The notes beneath the pieces are model-generated. The model ran no database searches. It was given only the letters and a program-made list of their open reading frames with translations, and was not told where the DNA came from. From Ptychomitrium polyphyllum (lineage: Eukaryota): a stretch of 64,000 nt of DNA. How positions within the stretch are numbered: position 1 is the stretch's first letter; the number at the start of each line of letters is the position of its first letter. Below are positions 1 through 12,338 of this stretch, in pieces. The translations under genes were made by a program, and so were the position numbers. The stretch spans positions 21,700,001 through 21,764,000 of the forward strand of contig OZ316775.1 of assembly GCA_973851085.1 (NCBI GenBank). The letters run 5' to 3'.

Positions 1-1443
1 GAAGCTCGTTAGAAGCCCGCTAGTGTCGCCCTCCGCACATTTGATACTCGCGGAGAATTTCCCTGACGAGTACGAGTGCAAGCTCCGAACTCGCCCTCCG
101 CAGCCGAATTTATTGAACGTGATGTCGACGCCATGACCATCATGCGCGGCGATATTGGCCGGGCAGTAGTCGATCACGAGCGGGCGAACTGGGCTCGGAA
201 CGCCGCGTTTGAAGAGAAGTTTTTGGTGTGGGGGTTGCCAGTGCCCAACTCGCAATGGCGACGCGACCCGCAATTTTTTGTAGCTCATGAAATGCGGCGC
301 GTTGTACCAGTTGATTCGCCCTGCCAGGGCCCCGTCCGCGACAGAGGTTGCGTCCCACGAGTAGCCATACACGTGCCCGGCTTTGGTCGGGTAGGCCTTC
401 CCGCGAGAGGATCGCAATGTGCGAATGACAACCTCGTCGACCATCCAGACGATCGCCGCCTCGTCCCACTTGATGGTGTACTCGTGAAACTCCTTCGTAG
501 TGTCGAAGCCCATGTGAAAGGTTTTGAGCTTCTGGTCGTGGTTACCGTCGACAGCATAGGCAGTGAGCACGCGGTTCGGCTCATTGCCCACAAAGTCGAA
601 GCTGATCATGTCAGGCATGGCGTCATTGGAGGAAATGTAGAAGCTGTTGCTAACGCCTAGCGCGCCCTCGGGCGCGCGCATGCGAATTGAGAACAGGCCG
701 GAGGAGTATTTCGCCATCGTGTGGAACTTCCCTCCGCACGCGCGGTCGAGGCGGATTATTGCGGACGATTTCGTCAGATCGACATGGTTTGGGCAAAAAT
801 CAACCACCAAATTGTCCATCAAGACGTCAATCTTGGGAAGAACGGGAACGAGAGATCGGCCGTTCCTCGTGGCCAAACCTGCTACCCGACTCGCGTAGGG
901 CTCATCTTCCACTCTCGTCGTCCACAATTCTGGGTTCTCTCCATCTTCAAAGAGTAGCACCTGTTCGCTACTCTCGTCTATCACAATATCTTGCGACGGC
1001 GCCTTCATCTCCGTGATGTCACTCTGGTCAATGAGATACTGCGCGGAGGCGACACTCTGTCCCACCCTTGTGAGCAATTCGTACGCTCGCGAGTTAACAA
1101 CAGCGCTCAGATTCTGGCTGCAGCTTAGCAGGAGATCGTCCACTCGGACTAGTTCCCGACGAGCCTCGTCTGGATCGATAACCACTTTCGTGCTCGAATG
1201 ACGTAATCTGTCTTGCACCGCTTCCAATTGCGACCGGCATTTCTCCTCCAGCACAGACGCCGCTCGGCCAGACTCTCGCAGTTGCAATTCTGCGGTGTAG
1301 ATGCGCATGGACGCAAGGTTGAGTGTGCTGGTCTTCCGCAGCGCTTGCGCAGTATACGTCAAGAGCGACATTATCACAACGCATTGCAGTAACATCGAGG
1401 TCGCAGCGTGAACATTGGGTCCGACTCTCTTAATAACACCCAT
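1..1443 (-). CDS. Tandem GH16 (EG16/XTH-related) glycoside-hydrolase-like protein with N-terminal signal/anchor; 3'-truncated by the window edge
   Basis: Hand translation gives a stop-free frame of 481 codons from ACC-ATG-G at 1443 to base 1. It has a hydrophobic N-terminus (MLLQCVVIMSLLTYTAQA) and a helical spacer. GH16 domain 1: VVDFCPNHV..LDRACGGKF..YSSGLFSIRMRAPEG..NSFYISS..PDMISFDFVG..GFDTTKEFHEYTIKW..WMVD..YPTK..WDA. A second domain begins VIDYCP..GCGGRVRS..YSSGKFSASIKCAEGDTSGLLTSF. No introns in the visible part. Confidence 0.85.
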   Translation of the reverse strand, partial: MGVIKRVGPNVHAATSMLLQCVVIMSLLTYTAQALRKTSTLNLASMRIYTAELQLRESGRAASVLEEKCRSQLEAVQDRLRHSSTKVVIDPDEARRELVRVDDLLLSCSQNLSAVVNSRAYELLTRVGQSVASAQYLIDQSDITEMKAPSQDIVIDESSEQVLLFEDGENPELWTTRVEDEPYASRVAGLATRNGRSLVPVLPKIDVLMDNLVVDFCPNHVDLTKSSAIIRLDRACGGKFHTMAKYSSGLFSIRMRAPEGALGVSNSFYISSNDAMPDMISFDFVGNEPNRVLTAYAVDGNHDQKLKTFHMGFDTTKEFHEYTIKWDEAAIVWMVDEVVIRTLRSSRGKAYPTKAGHVYGYSWDATSVADGALAGRINWYNAPHFMSYKKLRVASPLRVGHWQPPHQKLLFKRGVPSPVRPLVIDYCPANIAAHDGHGVDITFNKFGCGGRVRSLHSYSSGKFSASIKCAEGDTSGLLTSF

Positions 1444-4400
1444 GGTCAGATTCACAATTTTATCAATCGAACAGAGAGCTCAGCTGCAGACACGGTCAGA
1501 GACAACAAAAGCCTGAATCTCGAAGTTACAACCTAAGAAGTTTCAACCAACAAATTAGTGCATCACGAGTTCGAAATATCTTCAATGCTAATCATTCTAC
1601 TTCGGACAGTTCTGACGAGTTCACTAGTCATGTAAGTAAACAACTTTGGTTGTCATGCACAAAATAATCTGCACTCTAGAGGCAATTCAGGGCAGTAAAG
1701 GAGATCAAAGAGTGGTCTTGCACAGGGAGGCCAATCTGAGGTAAGAGAATCGATGGTCCAATCAAAATGATGCTCTAGTGCGATGCCCAGTTGATAGGCG
1801 ATGATCATACACTTCTATTTCACAGTGAAAAGACAACGCTCAGGTCATCTCTTTGGTGCGAGTTCGTACACTAGGTGCTGGAGAGCAGTCACTTGTGCTC
1901 ACTAATGAAAATTAACAAAGCTCCGCTATTTAATGCGATTCTCACGCAGGTCTACTTGAAAGTGATTTATCTCCCGAGGGAGTTTGTAAAAGGAGGCGGG
2001 CGCATACGGGCGTATATGAGCTTTTAAGCGGAGGCCTCAGTGTCCTGGAGTTCTGGGAATCCACCTTTGGCCAATCATAAAATATGCGAGTAATTCTTGT
2101 AGTTTATGCATCAATTTGTCAAACTTATTAGAAGGTGGAAAGGCTCGTGAGAATGATTCGTTGCTGCTACTTTGGGGCTTGTCACGGGGCGAGCGTTGTC
2201 ACTCGGTTGGCTGTGGACTCCGGGGAGAAAGAGTTGAGGTGTGTCATTGACTTGGTGGTGAATCTAGCGATCCGAACCAAGTCGCAGTGAATCTTTGAGG
2301 TTTCTACTTCGCTCATCATTTAGAGAATAATCATGGAGGAGACTCAGTGCGAGTCTTTCACTATTTCTATGTTGCTTCACTCATATGAACGAACTAGTTT
2401 CATTGGAAACCATTGAACTCATCGAAGGGAAGTTTTCTTTGAAATCAGTCTGACCTGCATTCACTTCAGTTGTTGGCATCCACGCTCGTACTACTCGGAA
2501 TGGAATAAACATAAAACGTCTGTGTAAAAGAAGAAAAGAAAGTAGGCTCTGTTTCTCGTAGACCATTCAATACTAATAATACAGGCATTGGTGAAGTACC
2601 AGTATGTCTGCGTAAGTAGGCTTAGATAAATATTTTCCAAACGGTAAGAATCTGGGCAAGGGTGCGTTGTACGTGGTGCTACTGTAAGTGTGTGTAGGGA
2701 CGAGAGACCACCTAAGCAAGGGTCAGGCGACAGTAAATATTGAAATTAAAGAAAACTATTCATGTATTTTGCTGGATTAGAAGTTCATATTTAAAGACAG
2801 AATTTCAAGTTGGTAGCGCTTGTGACAGCAATTTGTAGTTAAATATCCCAAATTTAGGGTTTAAGTTTAATAGCTTTCTGAAAATTTCGAAAACCATTTT
2901 GAAGTGTTAAAAATGTGTAAAACCTGTTTATTGGGGCCTTTCTATTCAGCTGGCCTAGGCATTATTTCCTTTTTTTTATCAAGAAGTGCACATATTCAAT
3001 ATTTCTGTGATCTGTCAAAACCGTGCCACAACCGCTAATTCACAAGCTACATCACCGTTCACCCACTAAGTAGGAACCTAGGCCTTCTAAAGTGAAGTGA
3101 TAAAATGCAAGACCTATCAATATTACATGGTGGAGTATGCAACGGTTTCACCAGGCCGCAGTTAGTGGTAACCCAAAATCACTCTTACGATTTTCTTTAT
3201 TAGATGTGGGAAAGTGAAAACTTAGTAGACTCTTTGGATTTACAACTCGGTGGTGTCACATGCAATTGAAGTCGTAGCAGATCAGTCTAACAAATCTAGC
3301 ACTGCCCATCTTGGAAATTGTCAACCAAGATGATATGGTGTAGAATACTGGAGTGCTTGAGAGCCTATAATGGATGACTGTTTGCTAGCATTTTCTGGGT
3401 ATATGCCCTGGTTTTAAGTTAGGCCTCTGCAAGTTGAAACACTTTAGTACAAAATGTGGTAGATCCTTTGAGCCATAAAAAAGTCTTTAATTCTTCACCT
3501 TTACACAACTTGACTGACACAGAGTTACAAACGGATGAAGAAAATCATATATTATAGTGTTGAACGTTGAATCAGACTAGGAAAAAATAACTTGTTTTAA
3601 TTTGATTGAACCATTTTGTCCTTAAATAGCCATAACTCTGTTCGTGAGCCTTCACTGTGCAAGCCTGGAGTCACAAGTCCAAGGGCAAATACCTTTTTTT
3701 CTCTGGAAAAGATTTTAATTGCAGGTAGAATCAATGACCAGCTGGCACATCATTTCTGAGAAGCTACTGTACTGTATGAACACGGTTTGATGCACCGTAG
3801 TGAAAATCAGGAACAAAGTTACAGACTCTCAGTATGATAGAATCTGCTTTCTACTATTTGCTCTTCGTGTTGTTCAAAAGTGTCGTAAAAATTATTTGCA
3901 AGTAGTAAACCCAAATAAGCATGTGTACAAGCTTGGCAACATTTACATGTGAATAGTAGTGTGTCATTTTGGTTCAGAGGATATTAGTGTTCAAGATTAG
4001 AGACTTACTATGAATTTCATTGTGAAGGGCATTTCCAACATTTCAATTGATGTCTATTATTAACCTAAAGCTTTTTAAGCAATTATGATATAATGTGCAA
4101 TTTTGATATAAATAGTGCAATTTATTCTGTTGATATTATGTGATATTATCATACATAGCAATTATGATATAAAGTCTTTCAATCAAAACCATAATTGTTG
4201 GGAGTCCATATTAGTAAATTGAATATCACAATGTATTGGATAAATCCGTCCTATATTTTGTAAGAACTTTTATTAAGAAATTTGATAGCCAAATTAAAGT
4301 GAATCAATAAATTTCTAGTGACAGGTACTGCTATTTGTATCATTATACTCCTCGTTTGTTTGTTAACAAAAAAATCATTGAATTTTGCTTGGTTATAGAA

Positions 4401-6069
4401 GAATTCAGAATCATAGAATTTTACTAAAATTCAATTCTTGATTTAACATTGCTAGGTAGTCCCGTTCAGAACTATTTCCAACATGTAGTGCTCTTTTGAA
4501 GGTTTTGAAGATGTGAGCACATTATTTTGATATATTCACCTCTTGAGGCATTTTGAGAGGAGCCCTTCTTGTAATGTTTTCAATGGGAAAAACGACATTT
4601 CAAAGGCACTGAAGTCTTCAATCAGGAGAACTGATTGTCGTCTACTTTTGTGCTTTGCTATTGACTGGCGGGACGTCTGATCACTGATGGTGGTTGAAGG
4701 TTCCCAGCGTTTGGTCCAAGTGAGGTACACTGTTGTAGTTGACAAGCCCTTTCTGCGGGCGGGCCGCCGGGCCCAAAGGTGCTCACCGAACTTGGTCCTT
4801 GTACTTTCACCAAACGGAAATACGCTAGTGTTCCAGCCTACAGCCCAGCCACTGCGAACATCATTAGCAGCAATCCATCAAGCAATTTGTATAGTACAAG
4901 TACCAGTATCAACTCTCGACATCAAATCATACGAAGAAAGACATATTGTGTGGGACTCCGTTGCACATCATGATGAGGAACCTGCTCTGAAAAGAGCACG
5001 ACTAGGCTACCAACCTGCGCGGTGATTTCCACTACTGAATACGTTATGAGAGAAGCCATTACCCAAAACCACCATTATCTAAGCAGAACTTACATTCGGG
5101 TTTTCGAATCTAGAATAAGTCTAGATAGATACTGTCAATCTCTTGAGCGTCGTGGTTTCGAGTCAGTCGGTCTATTGCTGTATGTGTGTGAGCTTCGCTT
5201 TGCAAACCACGCAGCCCTTGAGCTCGCTGAGAAAGTATGTAGCGCTGGGGGAAGCATGTCGATCGCCGGCAGTGACAGTGCTGCAGGACCACAGAGTTGC
5301 AGCAGTCAGTGCCCCTCTTGCGGTGGTGGAGCAGGTCACATCTCGGCAATTACCTCATGGAGGCGCGCCCAACCTGTGGCCGAGTCCGCCTTTCTTCGAG
5401 AGCGACCTTGCGCCCTCTCTGCACCGTTTGTGATCGCTCTGCCTTTGCGGTTATAGTAGATTCCGGCTCGATCGCGGCGTTTCTTGTGATTTTGGTGATA
5501 CTTCTGGAGCTCACAATTAGGAGTCCCTTTTGTCATGGCGCAGTTAGGAGTTCTTTGGTGTTCAGGCTGTTGCGTTCTTGAAATATGGTAACGTCAATGC
5601 GAGGTCCTGATGGCCACACCTGTTCGCCTTCAGTTTGCTCTGGAGTTGAATGTAACCAATTTTCAGACCTCTCTTGGAATCCCGCTCTCTCCTCCACATT
5701 GTAAGCGGCTGCGGCTGTTTTCTTCAGTATGTTCTTGTGGCATGATTGCATAATTGGAGTGGATGCCGAACTGAGAAGGTTACTCCGGATTCTATCACTC
5801 GACCTTGGTGAAAATCTAAAAAATTGGCTGCGTTCAAAAGCCGCAATAGACGTTTGAGAGATGAGTGCATCAAAAGCATGAGAGTATGCCCTGTTTTGAG
5901 TTCACGAAAGCAGTGTCGGACGTCTTGGTTTTGTTTAAAGGAGAGCTTTCGTGCAGAAGACGCAGCAGCTAGCGATGTACAAGTATACAGATTGTTTTAC
6001 CTTTTTATTTGCATAGCAGCTTCTTCTATTGAAATTTTCATCTCCACCGCCTACACAGATACCTTCAAA

Positions 6070-9000
6070 ATGGATCACAAAAGACGTGTAGCGGCGGAAG
6101 GGCCGCTTGCGCGGAAGCGCCTGAAGGATCAATCGCACGCGGCATCGTCGCCCGCGTCAATCACTTTTCAGCTAGAAGGTGCGCCAAGTTTCGGCTCCAA
6201 GTCAGCGAGGACTGCATTGAACAGCAAGGATCCTCAGGACTTGGACAAAATGGTGGAAGACTCTGCATACCGGCAAATGTTGCCTGTAGTGAAGAAGGTA
6301 AGATTGAACGTCTGAACGTTTCTTTTTCCTAATGGTAGACTGAGTATAGTTGCCACAGATCTTATTGTCGACATTTGCGAGTGCACAATTTTTTTCGCAA
6401 TCGAGTGGGAGAGATTTACTGATTTTGTTAGTTCTCTTCATAGATGTCCAGTGTATGCTCAATCGAGACCTAAGGAGCTCTGAACATGAACTAAGGGAGT
6501 GCAGTTCCAGCGTTTTTGTTAGTAGTTAATGGCGCATATCACACACGCTCGGAATTGAGTAGACTGTTCCATTCTTTGTCCTGAAGGAGCTGGAATACAA
6601 GCGAGACGTGGACATGGCGCTGGTCCGCAGGGGCGTGAAGCGGTTGAACGCGGCCGAGAAAGATGACATGGTTTGTGCAGTTTGCCGAACACCGAAGACA
6701 TTCAAGGGCTGGGAAGCCCTGCTAATCCACGCCGAACGGTTCATGAAGGAGAATGCACGGCAGCACCGTGGATATTATCGTGCCCTAAAGGAGGCCCTCA
6801 AAGATGAGAAAGACTTGGACTTGGACAAGAAGTCTCGTCAGGACTTCAGGTTGAAGGATGTGACCGAGGCTGCCCCTCCTTGTTATGCTTCGAGCAGCCC
6901 TGGCCGGGCAGGTATATTCATTTTCCTTGTGTCTTCTATCACTTCCAGTTGAAACGATCAAGCTACAGCAACCAATGTAGAAACAAGCCATCGTTATACA
7001 TCGAGCTCCCAACACATGCCGCCATGAGGATAATCGTGTTATAAGTAGCATGAGTCTCACCTGAGACCACTGACAGAGACATTAGGGTGCAACGAAAGTT
7101 TTCTTCAACACATATCTTTATTCAATAGGAGTTAATTCCTCTAATTTAGCCATAGCCATCATTATATTGTTGAGTTCAAGTGTGTGGAGTCTCAGCTAGC
7201 AGCCTTCTTGAGATAATTACATGAGCTGAATCGAACGACGATTGTTGCAGGTGAGATTGGCAAGCTGGCAACTTGGAAGCCCAACATCTTGCTTGTGCAG
7301 GGCGATAAGCTCAATGAAGTAGAACGGATAATTTGCCCATGGCCATCGCATCGGCAGAGTACTGATGGACGCCACGCTTGTACTGTTCTTGACAGAGCGC
7401 AAAAGCCTCGGTTGAAGGAAATTCTAGCTGTGTACAGCTCGGGGAAAGATGACAAGCGCAACGTGTTCGTGTTCCCAGCCGGAGAGGTGAGCAGCCTCCG
7501 TGGATCTAGCCTGTTCCGTTCATGTAGTGTACATTTGTCATCATACAAAACATGTGAGTCCTTGTTTCTAAAGAATGCTAGATCAGCCCTGTCCTTCATA
7601 TGCACAATTGAACATGAAAAGGAGATGGAATCTGTACAGACGCTGCTAGAACGTGATCACCACAGACTCACTCCCATTTTGGATTTAGTTCATAGGCTAT
7701 ATAATGAAACTGTAGCTTGTGGTATGTTGATACAGGTAGGGTACATCGATGGAAAAGAGTTGAAACTTGCATGTCAGAAGGAGCATAAAGTGGTTGAGTG
7801 TGCCTGTGATGACCACCGCAACCTCGACTTGAGAAGCACCGATAAACCAAATTTGGCCTCCGTTTATAGCATGGCAGCGAAAGGGTATATGCTTCCAATC
7901 AGCCATGCTACCAAATCTACGAAACATTAAGTTAAAACTTCAAAGGATGATACAGCAAACAGTATACAAATTACCCTCTTTGAAGACAATGTTGATGTGT
8001 TACAACTGTTTTTTCTCGCTTCCATTGGTGTGTCTTAGGTGGAGAAACTTGAAGGAGAAGCACGGATTGAAGCTCTTACCAGAAAGTGAAGTATACGGAC
8101 GAAGAGGAGAGTTGTTTGATGATGAAAAATTTGATCGCATCAATAAAATCATGACGCGTTGGGCTAACAATTTCAGGACCAGCCATCACAAATTCGAAGT
8201 TCAACGTTCCTTTAGGGATTGCCGCAGGGTGCGTCAACAAAATGCCTACCTTTGAACAAATTGTGCCTAGATTGATTACGTACACGTTATTAACACCTGC
8301 ATTCACCTGGACTCCCTTTCCTGGATACATTCTACTAGGACAAAACATGCTACAGTGACCAAAGTGATTGTTGAATAGTTATGCTGCACAAACATCACTG
8401 CAGATGTATGAGCTGGACCGAGTGTGGCAAAATGATTTGAAAAGAATAGAAAGTTATGCCCCAGCCACGAAGAAAAAAGTCCGGAACCAGATTTCGGCCA
8501 TTGAGAGCGAGCTCAAAAAGGAACAGCTCGTGTGGTTGCAAGAGGTTGAGGATGTCCGAGAGCAATTTCAAAGGATGGCTGACAGTATGAAAAAGGAAGA
8601 GTATGTATCTAGCGTCCTTGTGTTTGTCTAATTAGCCGCCGTGTAGTCCACCGCTCACTGGATTGCAAAACACAGCGACCTACCAAACCCAATACTGCAC
8701 TGCTACGACCGTGATTCTGTCAATCGACTGCGTGCATACCATTTCCCAGACGCAAACATCTTATCAGTGTCTGCAAATGTGTGTGATTTCTCATCTACAA
8801 ATAAAAGGTCGCTTCATACTTGTTGACAGGGAAGCAACCAACCTAAGGAACTTACGATTAGCAGAAAGAAACTTAAAGAAGCAACAAAAACTGGAGCATG
8901 AACAGATGCGCTTAGAAAACTTGCGACGAATTGGACGTGTGAAATCTGAGCTCGTATCGAAGAGATACAAGGTACATTTGTTATCAGATTTGTTGTTAGA

Positions 9001-9375
9001 GGACCTTACACCTTCGAGTTCTCAGAATTCAACTCTTTATGAGCTTCCATCGCCTAATTCGCAGAAGCACTCGTTGCATCCAAAATATGAAAGCACAATG
9101 TGAGAAATGGGGTAATTTTTTGCGTAGTTCTCAATTTGATGTAGTGCCAGACACAACAGCATTATGGAAATTACTGTGAACGAGAATTCTATCCGACTAC
9201 TTCAATACTTTACTTTTCTGGTATGCAGCGCAATGTGGAAGGGGAGCTGATGGTGCAGACCTGGATTGACGAGTACCAGAGGTTATTTCGGGAATCATGT
9301 AAAGCCAAGAATGAACGTCTTCGCCTTCAAACTATACATGACAAAGTCCACACCAAAGCTTACATCACCAAGTGA
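6070..9375 (+). CDS. SGS3-like protein (zf-XS-like zinc finger, XS-like domain, C-terminal coiled coil), about 537 aa, 8 exons
   Basis: Exons 6070-6297, 6587-6911, 7251-7486, 7736-7884, 8039-8228, 8404-8600, 8830-8971, 9229-9375; all introns GT..AG with consistent phase. Zinc finger CAVC..FKGWEALLIHA..QHRGYYRAL. XS-like segments TWKPNILLVQ and AVYSSGKDDKRNVFVFPAGEVGYIDGKEL resemble SGS3 VWPPMVIIMN and HSYGPQGHRGMSVLMFESSATGYLEAERL. E/K/R/Q-rich helical C-terminus. The gene structure is better supported than the family call. Confidence 0.7.
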
Positions 9376-12338
9376 GAAGCATTCCTTTCTATTCGATTTC
9401 CAAAAATTCAGTGAAGCCATTGTGACGAAGTAGGCTTTGATCCAAAGACATCAAGCCAAAACGTGAATTACTATTATTTATGTCCTGAAGTTTAAAATTG
9501 TGTATCCTCGTATTAGCTTATTTTGGAACTGCCAGTCTAAGGGTCTATGACTCAGTGGCAATTCCAGAGCCTTAAGCGTTTGCCTTACAGTTGACACTGC
9601 TACCAAAAAAGTTTAGTAAATTATCCATTTCATAAATTTTATTTAGCGGGAAACTTAGTTTTTTTAATCTTTTACGGAAAGAACTACTTCAGGGCAAATT
9701 AACACATCAAGATCAACTTCTTATTAAAAACACTGTTCCACTTGAATTAGAAAAAAAATCTTCAGAAGGATTTTCATTGATAGGTTCGCTAGAAACTGCA
9801 CGCTCTTATTTATTAAGAAATATAGCAGAAAATTATTTTGTTCCTTTAATAACGTACATGTATATTTAACTTTTATATAAAAAAACCTGTTTGGGCACAG
9901 GAAGCGGGAGTGTCCAATATGTTTTGAGTTGTTCAGAAAGGCCGACTTAATGACGATGAACAGGGCGAACATGGATGGCCCCTTCAACCAGTTCTTACCA
10001 GTGAACAAGTTGTGTTTGGACTTAAGGTGTCCACAAAGGCACAATTTCAAAAGTTAACCTGATGACCTATAACCACCTTCCTGATTTCATTCTTTTCTTC
10101 TTTGGCTCCCTGGTTCTGGGATCCTTAATGCAACTGAAGGTACGCTGAGGCTTAAGATTCTTAGGGTTTTCAGTAATTCGAACTCACTGATTTCGAGATG
10201 TGTCGCGCGGCCAACAAACAGGTTTGCACAGTGGAGATGGAAAGCTGAAATGCAACCGGTCAACTCCAGCCACTTAGCTTCCAAGTTTGAGAGTCACATA
10301 AGAAATAGACACATGCAAGTAGCTGAATATAAGTTGGTGTTGTCATACCTTTTGTTGCTGAAATTCAGACATTTCCTGTTAGCGAACATTCTCACAAACA
10401 CCTCAAGCGAAGGCTACTCCCTCATTAAATACTGGACCAGACCTAGGCAGCTAGACAACTAACTTCTTTTTCTTACATTTCATATTACTAACCTTCCGAT
10501 GAGTTTCAAACCAAAAAAGCTCCTACTAGATCACAAATGTTCTCAAAATGCTCTCCAAACTTCGAGGTCTTACAGAGGAATGACACTCAGGAACGCCATC
10601 CCAAACTCTGTGCTACTTAGTCGTGCACAAGAGTGGGACGATTGGCAGAAAGAGGGAAGATTGTTAGGCAAGAAGGATGAGCTGAGGTGGCAGAAGTACG
10701 TGAAGTGACTTGGCTGCTGACTTGACCACGTCACTGAAAGGCAGTGGCATTGAGAAAACATGGCCAGTTCGTACAACACAAGAATCTTGTTGGAAAGTCC
10801 TGAGCTTCTAGAATTTCAAATTACAAAACCAGATTCAAAGCATGCATAAGACCACTGTGACGTGACATTCAAGTCTGATTGAAGTATGTACCAGTATGGT
10901 GGAAAAACCCATTACCGCTGCAATTATGAATGCCCCTTTTCAAACATTAAATAAATAAGGTAGAAAATAAGGTTTGAAGTATAATACAGCTGAATGAAAC
11001 TGAAAACATGTTTTTCTCACAAAAATGAGAATTAGATATGAACTTCCAAATAGTGTTTTTGTAAAACGCTAAAAATTCACCAAAATTCCATTCAATAATC
11101 ATCATGCATCAAGCTAATGTTCATCACGGATTTTCCTTAGTAAAGTGTTGTAAATTTATCTTTCATCCCATTACCAATATTACATGATCTCTTTATACTT
11201 ACTCTTAAGTTGGTATCACCACTCACCAAGTCCAAACCACCTATTTCATTTCATTAGTTTGGATAAACTCATGGTTAGTGATAATGCATATGGTGATTAC
11301 TGTTTTTTAAGTTGCTGGTGGCCATAAGTGTTTTACCTTATCATGGACCCACAAAGACTATCTCAGGACGAGAAATGCTTTCATGTGCCACAGAAATGCA
11401 TTTGTGAGAAGTGCAGTAACCATGACGTACAGTATGAGACCAACACATTGACTTGCGTGTGTACGCACGCCACCTACATAAGACGAATATTATAGACTTC
11501 TCTGCCCAATTACAGTATCATCTCCACAGAATCTGCGATACGCTGCAAAGCGAAATGGACTGGCAGCTCCGGCACCAGAGTAATCCCTTCTAGAAACTTT
11601 CAGACGATGATGGCCGCTGCTCCAGCTCTCATGAACTTAAAGAAAACTTAGCTCCAAACGTATGATCCTAACCAGAGGCAACCGGAGTCTTCCTGGTTTT
11701 TGAGATAAGCTGTGATGAGGAGGTCATTCCGTCACTGCACCACAGATGTAGCCATCACGGTGCTTTCACAGAAAGTGGCCTAAAGGGAGCAAATCTTGTC
11801 AAGAAAAGCTACTGTGTGGTTGCCACCAACTGCAGACGTGAACAATGCCCATCTCCCTGCTCCTGATGTGCTCGCTCTTGCATGCATCCAGCAAATGTAG
11901 ACACTCTAGTACTACACTAAATTTTTTAGCTCCATTCAGAAGCAGGGTTCAGGAGGTGAAAGAGTTGGTGATGAGTGTTGAAGTTGAGTGCCATTCTGGG
12001 GTGTCCTTGAATCTATTGGTAGCATGATTTGCAAGAATTTTTGAAAACAGAATTTGAAGCTGCTCCTGGGATAAGTTGAACTGCAACAAAATCTCAGCAG
12101 AACAATTGTCAAATTAATGGAGCAGAATTAGAAGGCGAAAGCTCCTATTTTTTCACTCCACTCGACTTTAGTAAATTTCAGAATTCGAAACCAATCATCT
12201 TCATGTGCATTTCCAGATATCAACGTTGAATGGTTCACCTCTACAATTGAGTCAACATTTTGCAAAATTTCAGGTGTACTTGAATTGTGATTCCTTGAGT
12301 ACAGCGGAGGCTGGGTATTGGGAGACAGAGCTTAGGCG

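Noticed and set aside
76..1201. Plus-strand ORFs 76-660, 647-898, 687-1016, 721-957, 1013-1201
   Set aside because: Antisense shadows of the GC-rich minus-strand GH16 gene.
4536..5751. GC-richer region with many short ORFs and some minus-strand splice-like sites
   Set aside because: No consistent exon chain or recognisable motif, and stops interrupt the best frames. It may be a relic but cannot be supported.
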